A stretch of 64,000 nt of DNA from an uncultured Acidobacteriota bacterium (GTDB lineage: Bacteria; Acidobacteriota; Vicinamibacteria; Vicinamibacterales; 2-12-FULL-66-21), in assembly GCA_963820645.1 (NCBI GenBank), contig CAWGAS010000026.1, forward strand, positions 2,320 to 66,319. Direction: 5' to 3'. The translations under genes and the position numbers were made by a program. Below the pieces are notes generated by a model that was not told the origin of the DNA, searched no databases, and saw nothing but the letters and a program-made list of their open reading frames with translations. Numbering within the stretch: position 1 is the stretch's first letter; the number at the start of each line of letters is the position of its first letter. Shown here in pieces: positions 44,711 through 56,898 of the stretch.

Positions 44711-45172
44711 TCAGAGTGCTTTGAGGGCCTCAAAGACCTCGTCGTTCTTCGGCTGCTCGGGGATCTGGTAGACCTTCGACCAGGCGATTCGCCCCTGCTT
44801 GTCGACGACGAAGATCGCGCGCTCGGAGAAGCCTTCTTTGGGCCTGAAGACGCCGTATTGCTGCGCGACCTCCCCGTGAGGATGGAAGTCGCTCAGCAGA
44901 TCGTACGAGATCGGCCCGATGGCTTTCGCCCAGGCCGCCTTGGCCGGCTGCGCGTCGATGCTGATGCCGAGGACGGCCGCCCCCTCGCGTGCGAACCGCT
45001 CGAGATTGGATTCGTACCCGCACATCTGTGCCTCGCACACGGGCGTGAACGCCAGCGGGTGGAACGCGATGACCACGTTCTGCCGGCCGCGAAAATCCGA
45101 CAGCTTGACCGTGCCGCCGCGATGGCTGCGCAATTCGAAATCAGGGGCCTGGTCGCCGATCTTTAAGGACAT
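44711..45172 (-). CDS. Peroxiredoxin (AhpC/TSA; AhpE/BCP-like)
   Basis: [17 protein letters not shown] (PxxxTxxC), [13 protein letters not shown]. Confidence 0.92.
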   Translation of the reverse strand: MSLKIGDQAPDFELRSHRGGTVKLSDFRGRQNVVIAFHPLAFTPVCEAQMCGYESNLERFAREGAAVLGISIDAQPAKAAWAKAIGPISYDLLSDFHPHGEVAQQYGVFRPKEGFSERAIFVVDKQGRIAWSKVYQIPEQPKNDEVFEALKAL

Positions 45173-45173
45173 C

Positions 45174-45298
45174 GTCTCAGGTCTAAGGCTCAGGTCTCGA
45201 TCTCGGTCTCGCGTCTCGCGTCTCGCGTCTCAGGTTCTGGGCTCGAAAAACCATCGACCGAAGACCCATAGACCTACCAAAGACCTGAAGACCAGAGA
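45174..45298. repeat. Heptamer inverted repeat (GTCTCGC)n/(AGACC..)n
   Basis: gtctcgcgtctcgcgtctcgcgtctcagg ... gaagacccatagacctaccaaagacctgaagaccagagac. Confidence 0.7.
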
Positions 45299-45796
45299 CT
45301 ATCTCAACACGTCAATCGCCGTCACGTGCGCGATGCGCCAGGTCCCGCCGGCCTTCGTGAAGCCCAGCGCGAACTCGCGGGCGTCGCGCGATTCCTCTCC
45401 GGTCTGGCTTCCCCGTATGAAGCTCGCGGTCAGCGTGACATCGGCGGTTGCGGCGCCGGACGTCATCTCGACGCCGACGTCGTCGAACTCCATGCGGAAT
45501 GCGGCGGTTCGCGGCTGAAGCCGCTCGGCCATCCCCATGAGCGTCATGCGGCCCCGGATGGGCGCGGTGCCCTGCCCGAGATCGACGACGACGTCCTCGG
45601 TGAAGTAGCTTCCGATGTTGGTCGCGCGGGAGATGGCGGCGAGGCCCTCTGCGGAGCGGTTCACCTCGCTGCGCAGCGCTTCAATCCGCTCGCGAATGAC
45701 GCGCTCGTCGCCGGACCCCCAGCGGCTCCACACGAACAACGCGACGGCGGCCAGCGCGACGCCGCCTCCGATCCGCAGCGCGCGGCGTCTCGTCAA
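45299..45796 (-). CDS. Membrane-anchored NTF2/SnoaL-like protein
   Basis: N-terminal TM; YFTEDV..PIRGR..K.GGTWRIA. Confidence 0.65.
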   Translation of the reverse strand: MTRRRALRIGGGVALAAVALFVWSRWGSGDERVIRERIEALRSEVNRSAEGLAAISRATNIGSYFTEDVVVDLGQGTAPIRGRMTLMGMAERLQPRTAAFRMEFDDVGVEMTSGAATADVTLTASFIRGSQTGEESRDAREFALGFTKAGGTWRIAHVTAIDVLR

Positions 45797-46281
45797 AAGA
45801 CGACCTTGCCGACGATGCGCGAGACATCGACGCGGCCGAAATCATGGTCGCTGGCGCGCATTCCGCGGTTGTCGCCGATGACGTAGTACTCGCGTGTCGT
45901 CAAGGTCACTTCCGGCACGTCCCACGGCCGGCGCTGCTGCACGTACGGCTCGCTGAGCGGAGCGCCGTTGACGTAGGCCTGGCCCTGGGACATCGAGAAT
46001 CGCTCACCCGGCAGGGCCACGATGCGTTTGACGTACAGCACGTGCGGTCCTGCGAGCCGGATCGCCACGACGTCTCCGCGCGACGGCTTGCGGGACGCGA
46101 AGGCCAGGCGATTGACGAGCTTGAGCGATCCGGAGCGGTACGTGGGCTCCATGCTGATGCCTTCGGCGCGGATTGGCATCAGGACCCAGCGGAACATCAC
46201 GAAGCTCAACGCCCCGAGGACCAGCACGCGCACCAGCGTGCGCCGGGGATGCGAACCGAAAACAAAGCGCCGTAGGCTCAC
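45793..46281 (-). CDS. lepB: Signal peptidase I
   Basis: GISMEPT (Ser), YVKRIVALPGE (Lys), GDNR. Confidence 0.9.
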   Translation of the reverse strand: MSLRRFVFGSHPRRTLVRVLVLGALSFVMFRWVLMPIRAEGISMEPTYRSGSLKLVNRLAFASRKPSRGDVVAIRLAGPHVLYVKRIVALPGERFSMSQGQAYVNGAPLSEPYVQQRRPWDVPEVTLTTREYYVIGDNRGMRASDHDFGRVDVSRIVGKVVF

Positions 46282-46306
46282 TCGTGCATCCGCTTCTCTG
46301 GGGACT

Positions 46307-47371
46307 TCAGATTAGCAGATCCGGCGGGGCCGGCGGCATTCTGAGCTGTCGGAGGGCGAAGGCGGGACAGCGCGATACCGCGATGGCAGACGCGCCTATC
46401 TGGAGCGTGCGAGGTCTCAGTGATTCAAGGATTCGCGAGGGATTAGGGATTACGGATTCCTCACGTTTCTTCCAGTACCGGGATAGTCCCTGCCACGAAT
46501 AGTCGAGCCGGCCGGCACGGTTGTATCTCTCGGCGTCCTGTTCCCCGATCTTTCGTCTGAGATCGAGCAGCGCCTCCTCGACGAACGCGCGCTCGCGTTG
46601 GGCGTCGTCCAGTGTCTGGTCGCCGAGCAGCCGCCGTGCGATCCGGCTCCACGCGTCGAGCCGATCCATCAGCTCCTGGAAGTGCAGGCGGGCGCCGTGG
46701 AAGGGGCCAAAGTGCGTGAGGAACAGCGTGTCCGGATCCCAGGCGAGGATTCGATCGGCGCTCGTCCGCCACGCCTCGAGGTCGACGTCCGGCGGCGGCG
46801 TGGGCGGCAGAATGTAGCTGAACTCCGGACGGCAGATCCCGGCCGTGTCGCCGACGAACGCGATGCGGCTCGACGGGTCGAAGTAGCTGACGTGATGGGA
46901 GGCGTGGCCGGGCGTATACGTCACCTGCAGCTCCCGGCCGCCGGCCATGACGCGCTCCTCGCCTTTGAGCACGCGCACCCGATCGGCCGGGACGGCCAGG
47001 AACTCTCCCCAGAAGGGTTCCATGTCCTGGCCATAGAGCCGGCCTGCGCTTGCGAGGAGCTTCGACGGATCGACCATGTGCGGCGCGCCGCGCTCGTGCA
47101 CGAACACCTCGATCGCCGGGTTCTCACGCACGAGCGTCCCGGTGACCCCGGCGTGGTCGAGATGGATGTGGGTCAGGAGCAGCTGGCGGACGTCGGCGAT
47201 GCCGATTCCCTTGCGCCGGAGCGCGGCTCGCAAGGTGTCGAGCGTCGTCGACGGCCCCGGGTCGATGAGCGCCACCCCGCCCGCGCCCTGCAGGACGGCG
47301 GTCGCGATGATCTCGGCATTTCCAAGGAAGTTGAGGTCGACGTAGTCGATCCCTGACGCAAGTGTGGACAT
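46307..47371 (-). CDS. MBL-fold metallo-hydrolase (C-terminus may be over-extended past about 46460)
   Basis: IDPGP, THIHLDHAG, TPGHASHH, GD, THFG. Confidence 0.88.
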   Translation of the reverse strand: MSTLASGIDYVDLNFLGNAEIIATAVLQGAGGVALIDPGPSTTLDTLRAALRRKGIGIADVRQLLLTHIHLDHAGVTGTLVRENPAIEVFVHERGAPHMVDPSKLLASAGRLYGQDMEPFWGEFLAVPADRVRVLKGEERVMAGGRELQVTYTPGHASHHVSYFDPSSRIAFVGDTAGICRPEFSYILPPTPPPDVDLEAWRTSADRILAWDPDTLFLTHFGPFHGARLHFQELMDRLDAWSRIARRLLGDQTLDDAQRERAFVEEALLDLRRKIGEQDAERYNRAGRLDYSWQGLSRYWKKREESVIPNPSRILESLRPRTLQIGASAIAVSRCPAFALRQLRMPPAPPDLLI

Positions 47372-47470
47372 GAATGTCGGCCGGATGAGTCCGCTGTGCC
47401 GTCTCCGCCTCGAGCCCGTGGGCGCCTTTAGTCGGAACCCATCCAAGCTGTTAGAATCATGAGGATAGCC

Positions 47471-47785
47471 ATGGCCGGCAGCGACCGTCAAACGGACGGC
47501 GAAATCCTCGAGCGGTCAAAGCAGGAGACGAAGAAACCGGATCTGTACAAGGTCCTCCTGCTGAACGACGACTACACGACCATGGACTTCGTCGTGGAGG
47601 TGCTCGAGTCGATCTTCCACAAGCAGACGGAAGAGGCCTTCCGCATCATGATGGCGGTCCACACGCAGGGCAAGGGCCTCTGCGGGGTCTATCCGCACGA
47701 AGTGGCGGAGACGAAAGTCGATGCCGTCATGGAACGCGCGAGGGAGAACGGGTTCCCGCTGCGGGCGGCGATGGAACCCGAATAA
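47471..47785 (+). CDS. clpS: Clp protease adaptor ClpS
   Basis: YKVLLLNDDYTTMDFVV, VHTQGKG, EVAETK, FPLR. Confidence 0.95.
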   Translation: MAGSDRQTDGEILERSKQETKKPDLYKVLLLNDDYTTMDFVVEVLESIFHKQTEEAFRIMMAVHTQGKGLCGVYPHEVAETKVDAVMERARENGFPLRAAMEPE

Positions 47786-47885
47786 AGGGTTCCACGGGGT
47801 TCCGCGGGGTTCCACAGGGTTCCGCTGGGTTCTAAGGGTTCAGGGTCAGGGTTCGCCAGGGTTCCGAGGTTCTAAGGGTTCCAGG

Positions 47886-50277
<2,392 letters not shown>

Positions 50278-50323
50278 ACCCGGCGCGCCCAAAGCGCGCA
50301 CCAGATTCCATAAAGACACATCA

Positions 50324-50902
50324 ATGACCGACAAAGAGCACGAGATACCGGTGAAGGTAGTGGACCGCCGCTGGTGGGCGCGCGGCGACGACGGCGAGGC
50401 CCCGGCCAGCACGCTCGTCGAAGCCGACCTACGTCGAAGAGCTCGAACGGCAGCTGGCCGAGAAGGATCGGATCGCGACGGAGTACATCGCCAAGTACCG
50501 GCAGGCGGCGGGCGAGTTCGAAGAGTCGCGCGCTGCGGCTGCGGCGCGAGATTTCGAAGGACATCGAACGCGGCCGCCGGGAGATTCTCGCGGACCTGCT
50601 CGACGTCGTCGACAATCTCGATCGCGCGATCGAGTCGGCCAGGCAGGCGACCTCGCCCGAGGCCCTGCTGCAGGGGGTCGAGCTGGTGCGCCGTCAGTTT
50701 CTCTCGAAGCTCGAAGGGCTCGGCGTGAAGCGAATCGAAACGCGCGGACGTCGCATTCGATCCGCTCGTCCACGAAGCGATCAGCACCGTCCCCGCCGCC
50801 TCGCCGGATCAGGACGGCCGCGTCGTCGGGGTCGTGCGGCACGGCTACACGATCGGTGACGACGTGCTCCGGCCCGCGTCGGTGGCGGTCGCGAAGAGCT
50901 GA
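50324..50902 (+). CDS. grpE: Nucleotide exchange factor GrpE (frameshifts)
   Basis: [39 protein letters not shown]. Confidence 0.88.
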
Positions 50903-50986
50903 CGTCCGACCTCAGACACGTTGACCGTAGCCGAAGTCGAGTGCTTGGCGTCATCAGCCGCCTGAAGCGGAGCCACAAGGTCTCCG

Positions 50987-53725
50987 TCATTCATCCCTCA
51001 GCACCACCAGCGGATCCACTGACGCCGCGCGGCGCGCCGGAATCAGGCACGCGGCGACGGCGCTGGCGCCGAGCAGCATGACAATCGCGCCGAGCACGAC
51101 GGGGTCGCCGGGCTCCACGCGATAGAGCAGCGCCGTCAGCAGCCGCGACGCCGCCAGCGATCCGGCCATGCCCGCGACGATCCCGGCGCCAATCGGCACG
51201 AGCGATCGCTGCAGCACGAGCCGAATCACCTCCCCGGCACGCGCGCCGAGCGCCATCCGGATCCCGATCTCGCGGGTCCGCTGCGAGACGACGTAGCTGA
51301 CGACGCCGTAGACGCCGATCGCGGCAAGCACCAGCGCGACGGCTGGAGAACAGCGCGAGCAGCAGCATCGGGAATCGCCGCGACCCGATGGACTCCTCAA
51401 TCACCTGGTCCATGCGTCCTGATGCGCGACGACCGGCTGATCCGGATCGATGCGCGCCAGCGCCGAACGGACGCTGCCGGCGATCGCCAGAGGTTCGGTC
51501 GCGGTCTTCACGGTAATCGTCATCGCCGGCCAGGCCGCCTGGCTGTAGGGCCGGAACATCTCGCGGCGCGCGTCGGCGTCGAGCCCGAAGTGGCGCACGT
51601 CCTTGCGTCACGCCCACGACGGTCATCCACGGGTTCGTCGGAAGCGGACGGCCCGATCTTCAGCCGCTGACCGACCGGATCCTGGTTCGGCCAGTAGCGC
51701 GACGCCGTCGTTTCGTTGATGATGACGACGCCCGGCGGCCGTGATGGCGTCGCGGGCGTGAAGTCCCTTCCCTTGACGATCGGGATCCCCAGCGTCTTGA
51801 AGTAGCCGGGACAGGTCAGCCGGTACGACGCGCTCGGCACGCTCTGGCCGCGGCGGCATCGGCGCGGCCTTCGATCGTGAAGCCGCGGCCGGCGTTCGCG
51901 CCGCTGAGCGGCAGGTGGCTGATCGCGCCGACCGAGGTCACGCCCGGCAGCGCTCCGACCTCGCGCTGCGACGTCGTCGCAGAACGTCGTCCGGACCGGC
52001 GGTCCGTAGGTGTCGGTCTGCGGCAGCGCGATCTCCATCGACGAGCACGTTGTGCGGCGTCAGGCCGGGATCGACGCCGATGAGCCGGGTGACGCTCTTG
52101 ATCATGAGGCCGGCAGCGGCGAGGACGATCACCGCGAGGGCGACTTCGGTCGCGACGAGCGCGTTTCGCAGCACGCGTGAAGCGCGCGGTGCGCGCCGCG
52201 GTCGCCGGCGGCCTTCAACGCCGCGCCCGCGTGCGCCGCGCGCGCCGAGCATCGGCGCGAGGCTGAACAGGATGCCGGTGATCGCGGCGAGGCCGAACGT
52301 GAACGCCAGGACCGCCGGATCGCAGCGGCACGGTGCCGCGCATCGCGGAACGGCGCGAGACGGATGCTCGCGGGGCAGCGACCCGGCGAGCGCGGCCGTG
52401 CCGGCCCACGCGAGCGGCGACGCCGGCGATGCCCGCCGAGCACCGCGATGCAGGAGGCCCTCCGCGAGCATCTGCGACGCGAGCCGCCCGCGGCCGGCGC
52501 CGAGCGCCGCACGAATGGCGAACTCGCGGTGCCGTCGCGACGGCCTGCGCGAGCAGCAGGTTCGCGACGTTGACGCACGCAATCAGCAGGACCAGCCGAC
52601 GGCGCCGAGCGAGCGCGTACAGCGTGGGCCTCAGCTGCGTGACGCCGAGCTCGCTCATGCGGCGTCATCGTGGCGCTTTCTCCCTTGTTCCGTCGGGTAC
52701 TGCTTCTCGAGACGCGCGGCCGATCGTCCGCATCTCCGACCTTCGCCGTCGTCGAACGTGACGCCCGGCTCGAGGCGCGCGGCCGCGTAGAACGAGTGCG
52801 CAGCCGCGCTGCCGCGTCCTGCTCGCGTGAAGGCGATCGGCATCCAGACGCGCATGGCGCTGTTGGAGAACGCGAACGACGGCCGGCATGACGCCGATGA
52901 TCTCGTACGGCTGGCCGTTGAGCCGCGTCGTCTGGCCGATGACGTCCGGACGGCGCGCCGAAGCGGCGCCGCCACAGGCGCGTCGCTGATGACGGCGACG
53001 TCGTGGCCCGGCTCGTCCTCTTCCGGCCGTGAACGTGCGGCCGAGCTGCGGCGCCACGCCGAGCATCGGGAAGACCGTGGACGAGACCCGGAGGCCCGGC
53101 ACCTGCTCCGGGTCGGCCGTCGCCCGAGATGTTGAAGCGCAGGTACTCCCAGATGGCCGTGTGCGCGAACGACGTGCTCTGCGCTCGCCAGTCCTGATAG
53201 TTCGGCGCCGCCACGATGTAAGCGTCGCGGCCTCGTCGTCGGCGTCCGTTTCCCACAGCATCACGAGGCGGTCGGGTTCGGGAAACGGCAGCGGCGCGAG
53301 CAGCATCGAGTGGACGACGCTGAAGATGGCGGTGTTGGCGCCGATGCCGAGCGCCAGCGTCAGGACGGCGACCGCGGTGAACGCCGGCCGCGCGGCCAGC
53401 AGCCGGACCCCGTAGGCGAGGTCGCGGCCGAAGGCTGAGAGCAGGCGGAACCGCCCCGGCCGCGCGGCTCCGGCGCCGGCAGGCCGCGCCGGCGGCGCGC
53501 GCGCGCGGGCGGCGCGGATCAAGGCCGGCACGTCATCCAGCTCGGCCTCGACGGCCGCCAGCGACTCCGCGTCGCCGCGTCCCGCCGCGCGCGACGATCG
53601 GTACAGTTCCTCGGCGTGCTGCGCGATTTCGTCGACGACGTCGGGGTCGAGGTTCGCCGCGCCGAGGCGGGAGCGCACGAGCGTGCGCCAGAAGAGCGGC
53701 GAGCGTCGGCGGTTTCATCAGGCAT
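50987..53725 (-). CDS. Duplicated ABC permease of the acidobacterial ADOP type (many frameshifts)
   Basis: [78 protein letters not shown]. Confidence 0.9.
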
Positions 53726-54065
53726 GACGGATCCCTGCCACGCGCGTCAGCGCGAGGATGAACTCTTCCCAGCGGCGTGCGATGGCTGGCCAGCTCGCGC
53801 CGGCCCTCGGCGGTGATGCGATAGAAGCGGCGGCGGCGCTGCCCGGCCTTTTCGACCCAGCGGCCCGGCGATCAGGCCGCGGCGCTCCAGGCGGTAGAGC
53901 ATCGGGTAGAGCGAGGCGATGTGGAACTTGAGGACGCCGTCGGAGCGCTCCTCGATGAGCTTCGCGATCTCGTAGCCGTGGCGGGCGCGGTCCTCGACGA
54001 GCGCGAGGACGAGGAGCTCGGCGCTGCCCTTCTTGACGTCCGGCCTGACCTGCGTCGTTCGCCAT
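53718..54065 (-). CDS. PadR family transcriptional regulator (frameshifts)
   Basis: KKGSAELLVLALV..RHGYEI..SLYPMLYRLE..RRRRFY; directly upstream of the ADOP permease. Confidence 0.9.
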   Translation of the reverse strand: MANDAGQAGRQEGQRRAPRPRARRGPRPPRLRDREAHRGALRRRPQVPHRLALPDALPPGAPRPDRRAAGSKRPGSAAAASIASPPRAGASWPAIARRWEEFILALTRVAGIRHA

Positions 54066-54084
54066 ATGTATGATCGCAACATAT
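54064..54084. promoter_or_regulatory. Putative PadR autoregulatory operator
   Basis: ATATGT-N9-ACATAT inverted repeat abutting the padR start codon. Confidence 0.5.
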
Positions 54085-54250
54085 ATGACGGACGCATGTC
54101 AAGGATGGTTGGCACGGGCTCGGACTCGGGCCCGCGTCGCTTGCCGCGATGTCGGCACGTAGCGGCAAGCTGTGGCGCGGCTCCGCCGAAGTCGCGCTGA
54201 CTCTTGCACACCGGAGGCGGCGGATTCGACTGAGGGATCCGAGATCGGGA

Positions 54251-54955
54251 TTAGGGATCTAGGCGATTCTCGAGCACGCCCTTCGCCAGGTACCACTCGT
54301 GGATCTCGGCCTCGAGGCGGCCGAATTTCACCATCGGGTCGGCGGTCGCCCAACCTCGTGCCTCGTCGGCGGAGGCGGCGCGATAGACCACGAGGCCGGC
54401 GCGGCTCCCGCCGCCGACGAACGGGCCGCCGAGAATCAGGCGGCCGGCTTTGTGCTGGGCGTCCATGTAGGCGAGGTGCTCGGACTGCAGGCGCTTCGCG
54501 CTCTCCTGATCCGGCGCGCGGTTGGGCCCGCCGTTCAGGAACACGAAGTACACCGTCTCCATCGCGAAGGGGGTCGCGGGTTTGTGGAACCATCCTTCGG
54601 GGGCCATGAACGGCAGCACGTCGATCGCCAGGCGCCCGGCCTTCACCGCCGGATCGGCGGCCTCGAGCTCGCGCGCGTGCTGTTCTGACTTCGCGGTGAC
54701 GATGAGGAGTCCGCGGATGTCGCCGCCGTCCGCCGAACGGACCCGCCGCCAGCCCGACGCCCTCGTCGCCGAGCTTCGTGAGGTGCGCGATGTGCTGTTC
54801 CTGGAGCTTGGTCCGCTCCGGCGATTCCTGCGCGGTCCAGGCCTTTCCCTTGAGCAGCACCACGAGGTAGTAGGTCGTGAGCTTCTGCTCCTGCGCCGCG
54901 CCGCGGGGGCCGCCAGGAACGCAAGCGTCAGGATCGCGATCGCGCGCGTCATCAT
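54251..54955 (-). CDS. Secreted protein with two YciI-like domains (frameshifts)
   Basis: Signal peptide; QEQHIAHL..AAGPF..ADPAVKAGRL and SEHLAYM..GGPF..DPMVKFGRL. Confidence 0.8.
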   Translation of the reverse strand: MMTRAIAILTLAFLAAPAARRRSRSSRPTTSWCCSRERPGPRRNRRSGPSSRNSTSRTSRSSATRASGWRRVRSADGGDIRGLLIVTAKSEQHARELEAADPAVKAGRLAIDVLPFMAPEGWFHKPATPFAMETVYFVFLNGGPNRAPDQESAKRLQSEHLAYMDAQHKAGRLILGGPFVGGGSRAGLVVYRAASADEARGWATADPMVKFGRLEAEIHEWYLAKGVLENRLDP

Positions 54956-55022
54956 CGTTCTGCTCCCTTTCCAGTCGGGCTCGGAAACGGAATTCTAGCG
55001 CGACCTTGATAGAATGTGGGTC

Positions 55023-55274
55023 ATGCCGCTTTACGAATACGAGTGCCGCGACTGCGAGAAGCCGTTCGAAGCGTTCGTGACGGCGGACCGTCCCGCAGCA
55101 TGTCCCGCGTGCCAGGGCGTGAATCTCGCGAAACGCCTGTCCAGTCCCGGGATGGTCGGCGTGGCCTCGAGCCGCAGCGAAGGCTGCGCCTGCCGGACCG
55201 CTCCGGCGTGCGGCGCCGGCCGCTGCGGGTGCGGCCGAACTAGCAGCCGCGGCTCACTGTCGCTCGCGCGGTAA
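55023..55274 (+). CDS. FmdB-family zinc ribbon protein (true stop may be 55243)
   Basis: MPLYEYECRDC..FE..CPAC..KRLS; Cys-rich tail. Confidence 0.85.
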   Translation: MPLYEYECRDCEKPFEAFVTADRPAACPACQGVNLAKRLSSPGMVGVASSRSEGCACRTAPACGAGRCGCGRTSSRGSLSLAR

Positions 55275-55333
55275 GGGCCGGCTCACTTCGCAGAGCCGGT
55301 CAGCTTGATGTCACCCGACCGACGTAGTAGCCT

Positions 55334-56775
55334 TTGCCCACTTCGACTAGCCTGCGCGCCGACACGCTCGAGCTGTCAGTGCTGCAGAGCGAAGGCGTCG
55401 GACACTCCAATATGTACTCACGCGACGAAGTCAAAGCGGTCACCGACAAGCTCATCAACATGGCCAAGGCCGACGCCGTCGAGGTGGACTTCTCCGGCGG
55501 CGAGCGATCCGCCACACGCTTCGCCAACTCGACGATCACCGCCAACATGGTCCAGTTCGATCGTCAGGTGAGCGTGACCGTCTACAAGGGCGCCAGATCG
55601 GCCTCGGCGTCGACGCGGCAGTTCGACGACGCGTCGCTGCAGAAAATCGTGGACGAGGCGCAGACCGCCGCGGAGAAGGCCCGCGAGAATCCGGACCAGC
55701 AGCCGCTCACCGAAGGGCCGCAGGACTACATCGCGGTCGACGCGGCGCTGCCGAGCGGCGTCAACTTCGGCCCGGCCGAGCGGGCGCAGGCTCGCGCGCC
55801 AGAGCATCGACCTCTCCGACAAGCTCGGCGTGGTCGGCTCCGGCTACATCCCGAAGACGCATCAGACGACCTGCAACGCGAACTCGAAGGGGTTGTTCGC
55901 GTACTACCAGTACGCGGAGGCCGGCTTCATCCTGACGTGCCGGACGCCGGATGGCGACCGGCTCGGGCTGGGCCGGGATCACCGGCGTCAAGGACACCAG
56001 CCTGATCGACGCGGTGCAGCTCACGCGGACGGCGTCCGAGCAAGGCGCTGAAGAGCCGGAAGGCGCGCGCGCTCGAGCCCGGACGCTACACCGTCATCCT
56101 CGAGCCGCGCGCCAACGCGCGCTTCCTGTCGTTGATGACGGGCCTGTTCAACGCGCGATCGGCCGAGGGACCGTTGGCGCGCACGTACTTCACCGGCAAG
56201 GAGACCGGGCACGACGAAGGTCGGCGAGAAGGTGTTCAGCGACGCCATCACGATGAAGAGCGACGTCGGCAATCCGATCCTGCGGCAGTCGCCGATCGGC
56301 GTCGACGGCCTGGCCGCCCGGCCGGTGACCTGGGTCGAGAAGGGCGTGCTGAAGAACCTCTCGTACGATCGCCAGTGGGCGGCCCGGCAGAAGAAGCCGC
56401 TCACGACCACCCCGGTCAACTCGAACCTCGTCATGGAAGGGACCGAGATGACGATCGACCAGATGATCAAGTCCACGCGGCGCGGCCTGCTCGTCACGTT
56501 CTTCTGGTACATCCGCGGCGTCGACCAGCAGACGCTGCTCAACACCGGCATGACGCGCGACGGGCTGTTCCTGATCGAGAACGGCGAAGTCACCGGCCCG
56601 GTGCAGAACTTCCGCTGGAACATGTCGCCGATTGTCGGCTACAACAACGTCACCGCGATCGGTCGAGCCGGTGCCGATCCACACCGGCGAATCGTACGAC
56701 GGCCCCGGCACGGCGCTCGTGCCGCCGGTGCGCATCGAGGACTTTCTGATGACGTCGGTGTCCCCGGCGGTTTGA
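55334..56775 (+). CDS. TldE/PmbA-like protein (frameshifts; start could be ATG 55412)
   Basis: ATRFANSTIT, LEPGRYTVILEP, GLLVTFFWYIR, TGMTRDGLFLIENG..PVQNFRWN; no HExxxH seen. Confidence 0.85.
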
Positions 56776-56795
56776 GAGTGCGTTAGAGCCGTATA

Positions 56796-56871
56796 TTCAC
56801 CACAGAGTCAACGGAGTAAACGGAGAAGACAGAATTGTTTTTCTCTGCTATCTCCGTCACTCTGTGGTGAA
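56796..56871. repeat. Inverted repeat TTCACCACAGAG...CTCTGTGGTGAA with internal 9-mer units
   Basis: ttcaccacagagtcaacggagtaaacggag ... ctccgtcactctgtggtgaa between tldE and tldD. Confidence 0.8.
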
Positions 56872-56898
56872 CAATTCTGCAACTCCAAGGATCAAGCC

